From NCBI GenBank assembly GCA_964188305.1, contig OZ076896.1: a stretch of DNA of 64,000 nt; one strand, written 5' to 3'. Source of the stretch: Podarcis bocagei (Eukaryota). The position numbers and the translations under genes are program-made. Each line of letters starts with the position of its first letter. Positions within the stretch are counted from its first letter, which is position 1. Below, piece by piece: positions 22,331 through 36,645 of the stretch. The notes under the pieces were generated by a model, which saw only the letters and a program-made list of their open reading frames with translations, searched no databases and was not told the origin of the DNA.

Positions 22331-24639
22331 TCTGAGCAGGAGCACTCTACACCAAAACATTTTGGTGCACTTCCCACTTGTGCAGTATATTTTGGAAGTG
22401 CGGCGCATGAACAATTCACAAACAAGTCACTGTGCTCAAAAAGGAGCCTTCAGAGAAAACTGGCATGTGAAGTGCCCTATTTATGGCCCAGACAACATTG
22501 GATTCTGTTTGTTTTGCTTCTTACTTAAAAATAAAATAAAAATCAGACTAATGAGATTATGGTGTAAACTGTGCTTACTTTTGGAAAAATGAGAAATGGA
22601 GAGAAACAAAAAATGATAGTTTCATCTGTTCCTAGTTCGAAGTAGTTATAGCAACTGCTTCCCACCCCCTTCAAAACAGCTATATTACGTGGAAGAGTTT
22701 CCACTTTCCTTGTTTATTGAAACTCTGCAGTCTCCACCAGCTCCTTCTGATAACTGAATAGATGGCTTTAGGTCACAGTATTTCAGCTGTGTTTGCTTTC
22801 AAAATCTCTGATAAAACTACAACAGAAAAAGTGCCAGAGATGATACACAAAACATTTCAAAGGACCAGGAGAGTCTTACATTAAAAGCCTGGATTTCTGG
22901 CCAAAAATAACCACAGCATTCAAAGAGGTAGGTAGGCAGGCAGGCAAGCAAGCAGGCAGACCTCTTCACAACCAGAAATCCTCCAAAATGGGTAGCTTCT
23001 TGGATTCCTTCAGATATTACCGTATGTCTTTGTCCCCTGTGTGATTACCTTCAACGCAGGAAACTTGTGGATGTGGCAGACTACAACTCCCACAATCTCT
23101 GAACACTGCTCATGCTGGCTGGAGCTAATGGGAGCTGAAGTTCAGCAGCCTCTGAACAGGTTCCCATTCTTGCTTTAAGAAATAGTGTAATAGCCAATTG
23201 TGTGCCAACAAAGACAAGAGAGGTGAAGGAGTGGGGGAGTTATAGAATATTGAATGTGTCCTGGAAGTGGGGGGGGGGGATGCTGTTAATAATCCAAATC
23301 ATGCCTCTACTACTTGGGGTTACTGTGAACATCCACAGTTTTACATTTCCAGGGTGAAAACTGCATATTCATTATTGTTAATAGGTGTCCTGAATGGGAA
23401 GCCGGATTGAGACTATTATTGCAGGGTTCCTCTGAAAGCAGACAAAGAGGTGTGCAAGCTGTTCTGCATTTGCAATGTGCAGCGATGATTAATTGAGCTT
23501 CTGTATGGGGAACGCAGTGCGCAGTTAAGCCAACTGTGGTTGCTAACATTCAGGCAATGCACAACAATGGAGGATGAGCTTTCTCATTCTGATACTCCTC
23601 CACGAGCTGCCTCTGCTCTCTCTTCTGCTCTGCCTATCTCCCGTTCTAAAGTTCTGCAATCCATTTCAGAATTGGCATGTGGACAATCTGTTACTGGGGC
23701 AACTCTCTGGTTTCCTCCAGGTAATATGCATCCATGAGCAATTTGACCACTGCAGCAAAGCAAATGGCAAACAAGGTTTATAGGAGTACCCACAAATTTT
23801 ATGTATGTGATGCACAAGTCATGTCAACTGGAAATCCTGGATTTGGATAATTAGTCTCGGCTGATACGCACCTCTAGACACTCTGCTTGTCTTCCTTGCC
23901 AAGCTCTCACTTGTCACCACTAATCTCTTTCTTAGCCTGTGGTGATGGGGTGTTAACCAAACATGGCAATATCAACAAGGTTACTCAACCGTTCACAGTG
24001 CGATTTCTTCATAAGTAAGGATATTTAGGCAGGGTCTTCAGCAGGATCATATGGTTCAGTGAAAAGCAAGTTCAAATATTGTCACTGGAAAAATAAGAAA
24101 ATGTACTAGTTTTGTTTCTAAACTGGAATGAATAGATTGCCTCTTCACTAGGCAGCACCACAAACACCTATTTGGAAACCCGTGACACATACCCTCCAAC
24201 ATTTCTCTGATGAAAATAGGGACGTCCCCTTCCATAATGGGAATTTTATTATTTATACCCCACACATCTTACTGGGTTGCCTCAGCCATTCTGAGCAACT
24301 TCCAACATACATTAAAACATAACAAAACATTAAACATGAAAAAACTTCCCTATACACGATTGCCTTCAGACAGCTCTGGGGTTGGATAACTCCATAACCT
24401 CCCACATTTCTCCAATAAAAATAGGGACATCCTAAGGAAAAGCAGAACATTCTGGGATTAAGTCAGAAACTGGGATGGCTTCTCTAAATCAGGGACGTTC
24501 CTGGACAATAGGGACACTTGCTATAAATTCCTGTGCTGCTTTTTGGCTCCAAAGAGAACCCCCAAAGCAGTTTAAAACTAGAAAATATCAGTGTGTGTGT
24601 GTATTTGTGTTTAAAGCATGTAAGTCAAAATCATATATC

Positions 24640-25065
24640 TTGTTGGAGTCAATGGAGGGGTGCGCCTTTGGGAGTGAGGTCTAACTGTTGGAAGGTTGCA
24701 GCGCTTGCTGTGGCTGTGGAGAGTGATGTGGGAGACACATGTTTTGTTGCAGATTAAGTTAGCCAGTTGGGCTGCTGCAGATGCATAATGACATTTCTTG
24801 TCTCTGCTCTCCTCCCAGCAGACATTTCTCCCTTGGTCACTGCTATGTATACACAACTTGACTGCTTGTTTCCAGGCTGCTGTCATCTGCAAGGGATTCC
24901 CACATGGCAGGGTTGATGTTGCCAGTCTTCATGTCATGTTTGCAGACATCTTTGTAATGCAGAGTTGGTCTGCCAATTAGCCGGGTGCCGGAAGCCAGCT
25001 CCTCGTAGAGCACATCCTTGCAGAATCTGCCATCTTCCATTTTGTGGACATGACCAAGATGTAAT
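24640..25065 (-). mobile_element. RTE-clade LINE 3' fragment
   Basis: LGHVHKMEDGRFCKDVLYEELASGTRLIGRPTLHYKDVCKHDM, the RTE ORF C-terminus; homologous to 50265-51110. Confidence 0.8.
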
Positions 25066-27039
25066 GGATAGAATGCCATTAAATTCTGGCAGAACAAAGA
25101 TGGCTGATCAGCTCACCTGAAGGAAAACCGAGAAGAGGTATGTCTCATCTCCTTTGGCAAGGAATTCCCCAAATGGGGTACTACTACAGAAAAGGTCCTG
25201 TTCCATAATCCCCCCAAGCATGCCCGCCACAGTGGCAGAACAGTCGCTCTGAAGATGGCCATAATTGACAGGAGGAGGCAAATATCCTAGTCCACAGCCA
25301 TTATTTTCTGCTTTCAATGTCTGTTTCAGATCACACTGGCATTCTCAAACTGATATCCCACCTTTACCTTTTCTATCCACTGGTCTTTCTTTCATAGAAC
25401 AATATCTAGGTGAGGGTTGCAAGTACCTAATGATTCCTTAAACATTGCAGAATACTTGTCTTGAGAATAATAATAATAAAAAATCCTGCATCATGTTCTT
25501 TTTATTAGGAGACTACTGTGCTTTATTTCCCAGCCCTTCATTTTGTATTTGAACCATGTTCCTCATGACAATGCCACCCCCACCCCCTAGCCAGGTTTGC
25601 TAATACATTTACAAGAGAAACCTATATTCCACCTAAGTACTTTGCCCATATCCCCAGTAGCAACTGACAGGATAAATGGAAAATTCCAGAGTGGATGACA
25701 ACTCAAAACAATAGATGACTATATTTTTGCCAGCTAGTTCACTGTGTCAGATCGAAAGCTCCATTTCTCACGAAGAGGGCTTTTTACGAGGAAGACGACA
25801 GATAAATGGCTGAGACATATTGTAGAGATAACTTATAAAATCTAGTCTCCTATTAATCTTTATTCTTAAGTCACTGCATTATGGAGCATTGCAGGGAACT
25901 CCTGTCAAAGGTTTATGATAATATATGGAGCATTTGTGATTAAATGCATAGCATGTGAGGTAGACATTAAAAGTTTAATTTGAACTAAATTGCATTTCTG
26001 TCTACTGGGAAACATTACTGAGCAAAATAAGAGGCACACAACAATATACATTGATTTTGCATCATATCTTCCCCTGATGCGTTCTTTCTTTTCCCCTTAC
26101 AACATAGACATGGCTTCCCTTTAAGATGGCCAACCCCCAACCTTTTTTCTTTCTCTTAATGAAAGAATCACAATTGTGCAGACATTCCTAATTTCTTCCC
26201 TGTACAGTGATCAAGTTGCTCAATTTGCATTTCCTTCCCTGATGAGTGGGGAGATGTTTCGAAATGAAACTTTTTACTTAAGGCCCCAGAAAAATCATGA
26301 TTCCCCCCATCTACTCTGTGACTTCTGAATCAAGCAATTTTGCCCTGTGCTGCCTACCTACCCCAGATTCATCAATTTCCCACAGATTCAGCCCACTGCA
26401 TGATACATTTAATGTAGTATCATACCACTTCAATAGTCATGGTTTTCCCCAAAGAATTATGGGAACTGTGCTTTGCTAAGGATGCTCAGAGTTGTTAGGA
26501 GACCCCTATTCCCCTCACAGAGCTACAATTCCTAGAGATCCCTAAGAAGAGGGAATGATTGTTAAACCACTCTGGAATTGTACCTCTTTGAGGGGAATAG
26601 CAGTCTCCTAACAACAGATGGGTCCTTTCATATTGTTCTCTTAGAAACCAAGTGGACGTGAAAATAGGGTAATTTCAGTCAAGGGGAAAGGGTTTAAAGT
26701 GGGAAGATTAAATTCCCACACAGTTACTCTCAGAAAACTCTCATGAGAATTTATTTTGCTTATTTGGTGTTGAATGAAACTCTATTGTTAGTTCATATTA
26801 CTAGGCGGAAGCAATGGGCTAAGAAAGCAGGACTGGAAGGTATATAGCAGCAATGGGGAGCCTTTTTCAGCCAGAGGGACAGATCCAGAGCTGGCCAACA
26901 CTTTGTGAACCAGTTCTGACAAGTGGGTGGGCTCTCCAACCAGCCAATCACCTGACATCAGATGACTTCAGATTCGACCCAGGAGCAGACATTTTTATTT
27001 TAGCAAACAAGAACTAATAATCTCCCTCCCACAAACGCA

Positions 27040-27515
27040 TTTAAAAGACCATAGGATGTTAATCAGTCAAAGGCCTGGTTATAGAGAAATGATTTCGCCT
27101 GGCTCATGAAGATATGTAATGAAGGTTCCAGGTTGGCATCTTTGGAAAGAGTATTCCACAAATGGGGAGCAACCACAGAAATGTTCCATTCTTGTGTGGC
27201 CACCCTCCAGACCTCTCATGAAGGGGATGCACAAAGAAGGGCCTCAGATTATGATTGCAGAGTCCGGGTTGGTTCATATGGAGAGAGGCAGTCCTTGAGA
27301 TTTTGCAGTCATGAGCCATTTACTATAGTTCAAAGCCAGCACTTTGAATTGGGCCTGAAAACTAACAGGCAGCCAGTGCAGTTGGGCTGGTATTGACATT
27401 ATATTCTCAAACCGGTGAGCAAACTGTCCGCCAAGTTCTGCACCAGCTGAAATTTCCTAACTTTCTTCATAGGTAGCTTCACATGCAACACATTGCAGTA
27501 ATCTAACCCAGACCA
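27040..27515 (-). mobile_element. old L2-like LINE fragment
   Basis: Reverse of the LDYCN (cattgcagtaatctaa) and cagcactttgaattgggc L2 motifs. Confidence 0.6.
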
Positions 27516-27535
27516 GAGGTAAGAGATCCCTTATA

Positions 27536-27777
27536 TAGTGGTACCTCGGGTTACATATGCTTCAGGTTACAAACGCTTCAGGTTTCAGACTCCAGTAACC
27601 CAGAAATATTACCTCGGGTTAAGAACTTTGCTTCAAGATGAGAACAGAAATTGTGCTCCTGCGGCACGGCAGCAGCAGGAGGCCCCATTAGCTAAAGTGG
27701 TGCTTCAGGTTAAGAACAGTTTCAGTTTAAGAACGGACCTCCGAAACGAATTAAGTACTTAACCCGAGGTACCATTG
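27536..27777. mobile_element. Tc1/mariner-type MITE
   Basis: TIRs and TA flanks; same family as 19123-19346. Confidence 0.85.
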
Positions 27778-27819
27778 TATCCAATCTTAGCACTTAGCTC
27801 TTAAAGCAGAAATCCTGAC

Positions 27820-28647
27820 AAAGTGTGTTCTCCCTCATGGAGAGCACAGGTTGCGGGCGGGGCTGACAAGACACCTCACTGTTACTAGGCAAATGGTTTG
27901 GCCATCCTTTAAGCAGGGGCGGGCTGTTACTGGGGAAATCTAGATGTTGCCATTTGTTGATTGACAGCCCTATTTGTTAAATACAATGCTCGCAGCGAGG
28001 AACTTCCTCTTTTCGCTGCTTACTTCGGATCACCCGCCCTCCCTTCCCTAATTTTAGGCTGTTTGCTTGACCTTGCTATGCATGTCATGGGGTCGTCTGC
28101 TTTGGGGCAGGGGCCTGGTAGGATTTTTGTCCATTTGGCTGATTAGTGTGTGCCACTTGGTTTTTGCCTACTGCGTAGCAAATCGTCACAACTTGTAAGG
28201 TTTGCGGTTAGGCATTGGTCTTGGAATTGGTTGGTGGAGGGGTATGGATTCGGCTATGCCTGCCCCTCCAAAATGCTGCTGCAGCTGCTGCTTCAAGGGT
28301 TTTCCATTAAAGGAACCAGGGGCTCCCCATGCTTTTGTCCGAAACCCCCTGGCAAGGGGCTAGGGCCACGCAAGCCCCTGGGAGCATTCTGGGGAGAGGT
28401 GAGGCATGGTTCCCAGTCCCATCTCTCTCCCCAAGTGACTTACCCTTGCTGACTTCACGGGGGGGTGTGAATGTCAGAGCTGTCCCCGGGCAGGGTCAGT
28501 TAGTGCTACCAATGCCTAAGCAACCACTCACATTGCTGTAATTTGAATAAAGTTGTGGCCCAAATTATGCCAAAAACCTTAAACAAAAATTAAGTGTCAA
28601 TTGTGTTTTTCTTTGGGGGGGGTGTCTTGGGGACCTCGCCGCGCAAA
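27820..28647 (+). mobile_element. solo A-spacer-B unit of a Ngaro-related family
   Basis: Starts AAAgtgtgttctccc, ends gcgcAAA; contains the ENE-like motif (28073-28193) and aataaagttgtggcc at ~28546. Confidence 0.8.
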
Positions 28648-31324
28648 ACCCTCTGCACCACCTTTCCTCAAAAACGGGGTGCTAATAAGTGGCCAGTAAT
28701 TAGCACACAACACTGGATCCAGGCTGGGCTTTTTATGGAATGGATACACCACCACCTCCTTAAATGGAGTGGCCCCACCCCATCATGGAATGACGCATTC
28801 ACTACACCATGAACCCACCTGTTCACCCCATTCCAGTTATCCTTAACCAGCCAAGATGACGGGTGTCTGCAAAGTAGGCTTGGTTTGCCTAAAATGTCCT
28901 CGCAGGCCAAATTCACTGGCCTAGCAGGTCTAATTAGACTCAGGGGCCAGAGGTTCCCCACCGCTAGAGTAGAGGCCACACTCATTGCATCCTTCGGTGA
29001 TATTAATATTAAAATGTTGAAAATGAATTCACAGTTTCACACAAAATTCGTTGATGGTGAAATGGACAAAGACATTTTGCAGAAGGAACTAAAGAAAAAT
29101 GCAAATTTGTCAGGGGCAAATTTGTCAATATTTCCCCACCCCCAGGAAATATTGGCTCAGAACTAAGACAGGATCAAAGCTGCAATCTTGATCTGTGGAA
29201 GGTCATATCACGCCGTGAGAGGCATTAGACATGAGGCATGATGAATTGTCAAAAAAAGAGCACCAAACATAACTTTTAAAGAAAGTGAACATATTTGTTA
29301 GAAGTTATCTTTAAAGCTGGCTAGAAATATTTTGGTCCGTTTTGTCTCTTCTTCAGTTTTTGTTTTTGTTGTTTTCTTATAATTGGCAACTTTCAGTAAA
29401 GGATTTAAATGGATAATTGTTTTGTGAATAGAGGCTAATTATGTAACAGTATGCAATAAAAAACACCAGTTGAATCATTGCAATGCCAATTATGGAAACG
29501 TATTGCTATTCCAGAAAATGTGACCTTTTCCAGCTGCTTAGCGCCTGCTATCTCTCAGCTGTGTGGGATAAAGATTTTCTTTCTTAAAACAACTTTTTAC
29601 AACCAAAACAATGATGCTTGGAACCTTAAAGTAAGAGGCATGTTATATCTGTATTTATTCAGAATCGCTATTAATAAATGGCGTCAGTCATTAGGAGCTG
29701 AAGCAACTTCAGTTAAAGATCACATTGAAGCACTCTTTGTTCTGTGTTTGTTCAGATCTTTCTTACAGATACCAGGTTCTTCCTCCTTTCTTTTTTACAG
29801 CTCCCTCCCTCCTTTACATGGTGGGTTTTGCTAGTTGTCCTGTTGGGGCTGATTAGGAACATTTTTGGGAGTCCCTGATTGGCCTTTGGGATGCTTGTTT
29901 TTCACGTACTGCAAACTGTTAGGTGATTCTGATTGGCTGCCGGAATGGCATGTATGAGTATTTGGTTTAATCTGCATTCAGTACACGCAGGTGAGGAAAT
30001 ATTAAGAACTGGTTTGTTCCGTGCCTTAGACATGGTTGGGTTAAAGGCACTCTTTAGTCACCTTATGTTGCCTTTGGCTTGGAGAGTCCTGGAGTGTCCT
30101 TTAGGCTTGGCATGCACATCTCAGTGAATGCTGGAAAGCAAGGCCAGAGTGCATGCATCAGGTTCACATACCCACTGTTTATATCGCATCATGGAGGAAG
30201 GGTTTTCTTCCAGTCCTTTGCTACATGGCCGGTTTGTGATTCTAAAATTCCCAGACTCCTATGATTTGATTAGTCTAGTTAATTACATTTACAGATCATT
30301 TAGTTTTGTAATTTTTAACAAATATAACAATTTCACCATATATTTTGCATTTTGAGTCTTATTTAATCGGTGTGTTGGCAATTTCCTATTTTCTCAGCCA
30401 TTTTTACCACAACTAGGCTTGAATGAATAAAAGTCATGCACCATGATGCAGCTCTACTCACATGCAAAAATGGTGTCTGTGTATGACTAGGTGTACTAGA
30501 GTAGAGATGGGGATACCAGACAACAACTGTGTTTGGACTGGAGCGGAGCTGAAATTTCCCAGGAGATATTTTCTCAGAACATTTCTGAGATTTTTCTTTT
30601 TATCATCCCATTGAAAAAGAATGCCACTTGGCCGGGTTTCCTCTGAATGTTTCCCACCATTTTGTTGTGCTTTGGGCCACCATTGCCACCACTGCAACAA
30701 TTGCATGGAACTCTGCTAGGTCTGGGGCAGTCTGGAAGATACAAAATGGAGACAAGACTGCCAACACAGTCGAAACGAAGGCACTGTCCTACTGTCACTG
30801 CTAATGATGAGCCCTACCCTTAGCAAAGTGTTGGAGAATTTATCTCCCCACTGGGGGAAAAATGGCAACTTGTTTCCCTCCCCAACACACACCCCAATTT
30901 CGCTGATACCAAATACTGTGAGAGGTTATTGGCTTTAACTCTTATAAATTGCTGCAAGGTTTTGTATTGAGAGTGCCTGGTGCATATTTCCTCATTGTGC
31001 TCCTGTTCTATTGCTTTGGTTTAAGAGTGTTGCTATTGTGATTATTAAAATTATTTTAAGGAACACTGGGAATCCAAACTGGAAATTAAGGATGGAGGAG
31101 GAATCCATTTTAAACCAATCATTACACTGAATTTGACAATTCTGGCCTGATCAAACTTTTCCTACTTAATGTCCGAAACACGTGTGCATTGTCAGTTGTT
31201 GTTTTAAACCCAAATAATTATATGCAGAACAATATGCAAAATATGTATATTATATGTATAAAATAGTCAAGCCCCACAGGGTACTAGGTTTCTGAATATA
31301 ATTTTGTAAATATTAATACATGAG

Positions 31325-31589
31325 TAAGGTACCTCTAAAGGACCTCTGAACAGTTAAGTGCAGTCAAAGGCGACCATGGGGTGGGGTGTTCATTTTGGTT
31401 TTCAGGCCAAGGGAGCCAGCATTTGTCCGCACACAGCTTTCCGGGTCATGTGGCCAGCATGACTAAACTGCTTCTGGCACAACAGGACACTGTGATGGAA
31501 ACCAGAGCACACAGAAACAGTGTTCACCTTCCCGTCGCAGTGGTCCCTATTTATCTACCCCATCAAGGGATTTGAACCGCCGACCTTCC
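31325..31589 (-). mobile_element. Sauria SINE, degenerate and internally deleted
   Basis: ccgggtcatgtggccagcatgactaa core and tttatctac motif on the reverse strand. Confidence 0.8.
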
Positions 31590-32738
31590 AAGTACTTTTA
31601 TACAGTTATGTGCATTGTTTTATGCATCTGATTATGTGTCAGTTACTTTAGGAAACCTGAAGTGTATTTGCATATAACTTGTATATAATGATCCATATAA
31701 TAATGTGTATAAAAATGCATGTATTATGCAAGAATTATTTGTTAAATGAAACCAGTAATTAACAACTCAACAACAAGCTCTTATCAAGATCAAGGAGTGA
31801 GACAGGAATGAGGAAGAAAATCCATGTGGTTAAGGTTAACATCAAGTTGTTTTCTCCTTACTGAAGATGTTGGATGTAAATTCAAACCGAAAGACCTGGG
31901 CTCACACTTCAGTTCCATGTAAAAAGGCCTGTTTTAAAATGAGATAGAGACGAGCCAAACCATGTTCCCTTTATATTATCACCTCGCCATCCATGCCAAA
32001 ACCAGTAAAAATAAACTCTTTTTAAAAGTCCCTTCCACGTTTTCTGTTAAGACTCATGTGGGCTATCAAAAATCAAGGGGCTGTCTAAATCCCTTTAAAG
32101 GAGCACTTAGAGTTTACCAAGGATAAGAAAACAGCCATTTAAAACTTTATCGTTCTGTGCCATTGCTTTAATGCTTTTATACAGCCAGATGAGGTAAATT
32201 GAACTTTCATTCAGGAGTTCACCTAACAGAATGGCTCCTCGTATTTTACTCGAGTAACCAGCAAAAAATATTGGGTAAGCTGTTCTTTATTACAATGTTC
32301 ATTTTCCTTGTACTGCACTGCCCCTGGCCTTGGCACATTTCTTGTGAGCTGATGCCGGAAAATTCTCTGTGCTTGGCAGGTCAAGAATTTATGATGTGCC
32401 TCTGAGCAGCACTGAGGCAAACAGCAAAAAGAGGGGGAGACTCAACATCCCCCCCCAAACAAAAACAAAACTATTATCCTTACAGCACAATCCTATACCT
32501 GTCAGCTCAAAAGTAAGCCTCATTGAGTTCAGTGGAGGTTACTTCCAGATAGATGGATACAGGATTGCAGCCTTTGTTATTTCCGTTGCAGTACTGTCTA
32601 TTAGATTGCACAGTAAATCTGAAATGTTAGCTTCAGATTCAAATAATGCTTTAGCATTGCTTCAGTGTCAAAGAAGCACCACCCCACTGTGATACTGAGC
32701 ACAGGCACAATAGCACCACTACAGTGGTTAACATCTTT

Positions 32739-32742
32739 AATA

Positions 32743-32798
<56 letters not shown>

Positions 32799-34463
32799 TA
32801 ATAATAATTTATTATTTATACCCTGCCCATCTGGCTGGGTTTCCCCAGCCACTCTGGGCGGCTTCCAACAAGATCTTAAAATACAATAGTCTATTGAACA
32901 TTAAAAGCTTCCCTAAATAGGGCTGCCTTCAGATGTCTTCTAAAAGTCTGGTAGCTGTTTTTCTCTTTGACATCAGTTACCCCATTCAGGACCAGGGAGT
33001 CCTCCACACCTGCCCGCCTCCTACCCCCAAAAACAGTACTTCTGTCTTGTTAGGATTCAACCTCAATGTGTTAGCCGCTATCCATCCTCCAACTGCCTCC
33101 AGACACTCACACAGGGCCTTCACCGGTTCTGATTTGAAAGAGAGGTAGAGCTGGGTATCATCCACATACTGATGAACACCCAGCCCAAACCCCCTGATGA
33201 TCTCTCCCAGCGGCTGCATGTAGATGTCGAAAAGCATGGGGGAGAGGACAGAACCATAAGGCACCCCACAAGTGAGAGCCCAGGTGTCTGAACAATCATC
33301 CCCCACCACCACTTTCTGAACACGGCCTAGGAGAAAGGAGCGGAACCACTATATAACAGTGTCCCCAGCTCCTAGGCCCTCTAGACGGTCCAGAAGGATG
33401 TTATGGTTGATGGTGTCAAACACCACTGAGAGATCCAGCAGAACTAGGAAACAGCTCTCACCTTTGTCCCTAGCCCGCCAGAGATCATCGCCCAGTGCGA
33501 CCAGGGCAGTTTCAGTCCCATGATGAGCCCTGAATCCCGACTGGAAGGGATCCAAATGGTCCGCTTCTTCCAGGTGTGCCTAGAGTTGTTCAGCAACCAC
33601 TCGCTCAATCAACTTGTCCAAGAATGGGAGACTGGGTGATAGTTGGTCATATTGGCCACATTAAAGATGGTTATTTAAGAAGCGGTTTGATAACCGCCTC
33701 TTTTAGCGGGTCTGGGAAGGCTCCCTCACAGAGAGAAGCATTCACCACCCCACAAAGCCCATCACCCAGCCCTCCCCGGCTAGCTTTTATAAACCAGGAT
33801 GGGCAAGGATCCAGGAGACAGGTGGTTGGTTTCACTTGTCCAAGCAGCCTGTCCACATCCTCAGAGGTAACAGATTGGAATTGATCCCACGCAACTTGAC
33901 TAGACAAGACTCTAGCACTCTCCCACCCCGGCCCTGCTCCCACGGTGGAGTCTACCTCTTCCCTAATCTGAGCAACTTTATCTGCAAAAAAACTTTGCAA
34001 AATCATTGCAGGAGATCATGTGGCCCGTACTGGGCCCCAATGGAGTAGGTGGTTCCGCTAAATTGTGAACCACCTGAAAAAGTCTCCTGCTGCTGTTTTC
34101 TGCAGATGCAATAGAGGCGGTGAAGAAAGTCTTCTTCGCAGTCACTACTGCCACTTGGTAGGCTCAACGTTGAGCTCTAACCTGTGTCCGGTCAGATTCG
34201 GAGTGAGTTTTCTGCCACTGACGCTCTAGCCGTCTCAACGATTATTTCATTGCCCTCAGCTCCGAAGAAAACCACAGGGCTGTCTGGGCTCCATGCAATC
34301 GGAGAGGGCGCTTCGGAGCCAGACAGTCGATAGCCCTGGTTAACGCCACATTCCAGTGGGCCACCAGGGAATCAGCTGAAAGGCCATCAACATGGGATAA
34401 AGCATCCCCTACCACTCTCTGGAAACCATTTGGATCCATTAAGCGGCGGGGGCGGACCATCTT
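32739..34463 (-). mobile_element. L2-clade LINE (5'-truncated, ~525-bp internal deletion, (TTA)n tail)
   Basis: QSGFRAHHGTETAL, LLDLSVVFDTINH, GVPYGSVLSPMLF, YVDDTQLY; 3' end matches 41045-41230. Confidence 0.9.
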
Positions 34464-36439
34464 CAAGACAAAACAAAAGGAAAAACAGCAGTGACATCAG
34501 ATCAATCTCCACCCCAAGAAACAACCAAGCAGGTGGCAGCATTTTTGAAAACAAAAAGGGTTTTACAATGAAAAAGAATTTGGTGCTTTATGCTAAATAA
34601 TTTGCCAAGTACTCCTTATGTTGTGTGTTCTGTTGTTTCCCAAGAAGAATTGTTTCTCTAGAAGAATTAGCTGTAATATTGCAAAAGCTAAAAAAAGTCC
34701 AACCCACTGCGCGCACACACAAAAGGTAAATAAAGTCATTAAAAAGAATTTGTGATGGGCTTCACAATGAAAACAAAAAAATGCAGCTTTTCTGACACCT
34801 GTCCGCCCCAGACTGATTAACAGCATTTAAATACAGCGGGCACTCCTGAAAAGCACTATAAAAAGGGATCATCTAGTCTCGTATCTGGTGATCCTCAGAT
34901 TATGAGGTTGTCTTTAAAGAAGATGGAAGAAGAAATCCAGCTCTCAATAAAACACTCATCTATCCTATTAAATTCATAGGGTCTTGTATATATGTTCAAA
35001 TGTCACACACACAAAGACTTGGGGCCTTACTGAAGCTGAAGAGATTTATTCTCTCTCAGCATTTAATTTCTCAAATACTAATAAAGAAAAAGAAGAAGCC
35101 GCTTAATGGATGTTGTCCTAAGAATGCTGAAGAGGCGGGGGGGGGCGGATATTGAGGAAGGAAACCCAACACAAAATGAGTTTGTGTGGAAAATGAAATG
35201 GTTTGGACACTCTCCCTTAATTTCTAAAGGTCAGTTCACACATGCATTTTGATCTCTGCCTGCTTACAGTCAGCTGAGTATGATTATTATTCACAAGATT
35301 TTGGTAAATAAGGGAGCATGTGAAATGGGGACACTGGAAAAGTGCATCTTAACCACTTAAATGTCAACCCAGCAGCAATTTGGCCAGCATACATCCAGTC
35401 ACTATGGAATGAATAGATGCCTAATATATTGGAGGCACTCATTATAAATTGAAGAACTGTAACACAGCATTGCTGCTGTAGATTATAGCCAAATTTGGGT
35501 CACACTGATACCGAGCGGCACATATCTTTCATTATGAATTCTGCAACAACAACCACACACACACACACACACACACGCTTTTTAAAAAAGATGTATTTTT
35601 ATTTTTTTAAAAAATCATTAAAGTAATCAATGGAAAACATTTCTCTTTGTTTCCCCGTGCTGCAGCTTTGCTTCTTAGATCTAATCCCATCTTTTTAATG
35701 AGAATCCAGCTCAAGATGTGTGTGATGGTTCAGAATGCTAAGTTGTTTATTTCATTGACTGCCTCAATTACTTTCTACCACTCCAGTTTGTCTTCGTTCA
35801 AAGGTTGACTGATTTATCAATAAATGTGCTTTTCTTGACAGCTGTTGTCCATTCTTTTAATCAACTCTTTTTTATTATGTTTTCCTCTCACTTCTAGATC
35901 ACTGTCTGTCACAACAAGCCTATTTTATTTTTATTTTTGTAAAGTTACCATCCTGGAGGCAGAAGTCACGACTCTGGGGACCAATTTTGAGATGATGAGC
36001 TAGTTATAGCAAGCATGCCATTCATATACCACCACTCTGTTCTCAAAGGTGATACCTGGAGAAAGAGAGATCCAGATTTCAGTGAGACTTGTATCCCAGT
36101 AAATGGTCCAGGATTGCAGTCTAGGGCCTTCTGGATTCAAGCATCCTTGAAACAGTAGTCAAAAATATTGCTGGAATAAAACTTACGCTGTGAATTTGTT
36201 TGTGAACTTGAGGGGCATAAAGTCAAAATGCCTTTGGGGTGGGACAAAAATAGAGGAGCGGAGAGCTCACCCCGAAAAGCCACTTTCTACTTACTGTTAT
36301 TTTCCCTTTAAAAACAAACAAACAAACAAAACCCTGCTTTGGCACAGTAATGGCAGTGCTCCCCCCAACAGCCCTGCTGCCATGGTTTCCTCACAAAACC
36401 TGCTGTTTGTGGAGTGGTCTCCCCAGGAAGGTTCAAATG

Positions 36440-36596
36440 GCACCTTCATTGTACACCTTTAGGTGCCAGGCAATAATGTTCCTCTATAACTTTTATTCTT
36501 GCTTTTATTTTTATTATATATTTTGTGCTTTTATATTGCGATTTGATGTTGTGAACTGCCCTGAGACCTGTGCATATAGGGTGGTATACAAATGTA

Positions 36597-36645
<49 letters not shown>
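36440..36645 (+). mobile_element. LINE (L2-like) 3' end with (TAA)n tail
   Basis: gtgaactgccctgag...gggtggtatacaaat followed by (TAA)n. Confidence 0.6.

Noticed and set aside
32601-32889. Poly-Ile ORFs (also poly-Leu at 36446 and CV/TH-repeat ORFs elsewhere)
   Set aside because: Translations of microsatellites.
32960-32990. L2 internal deletion as a spliced-out intron
   Set aside because: The junction gtaactgatgtc does not match clean GT-AG removal relative to the 40.5-41.0 kb copy.
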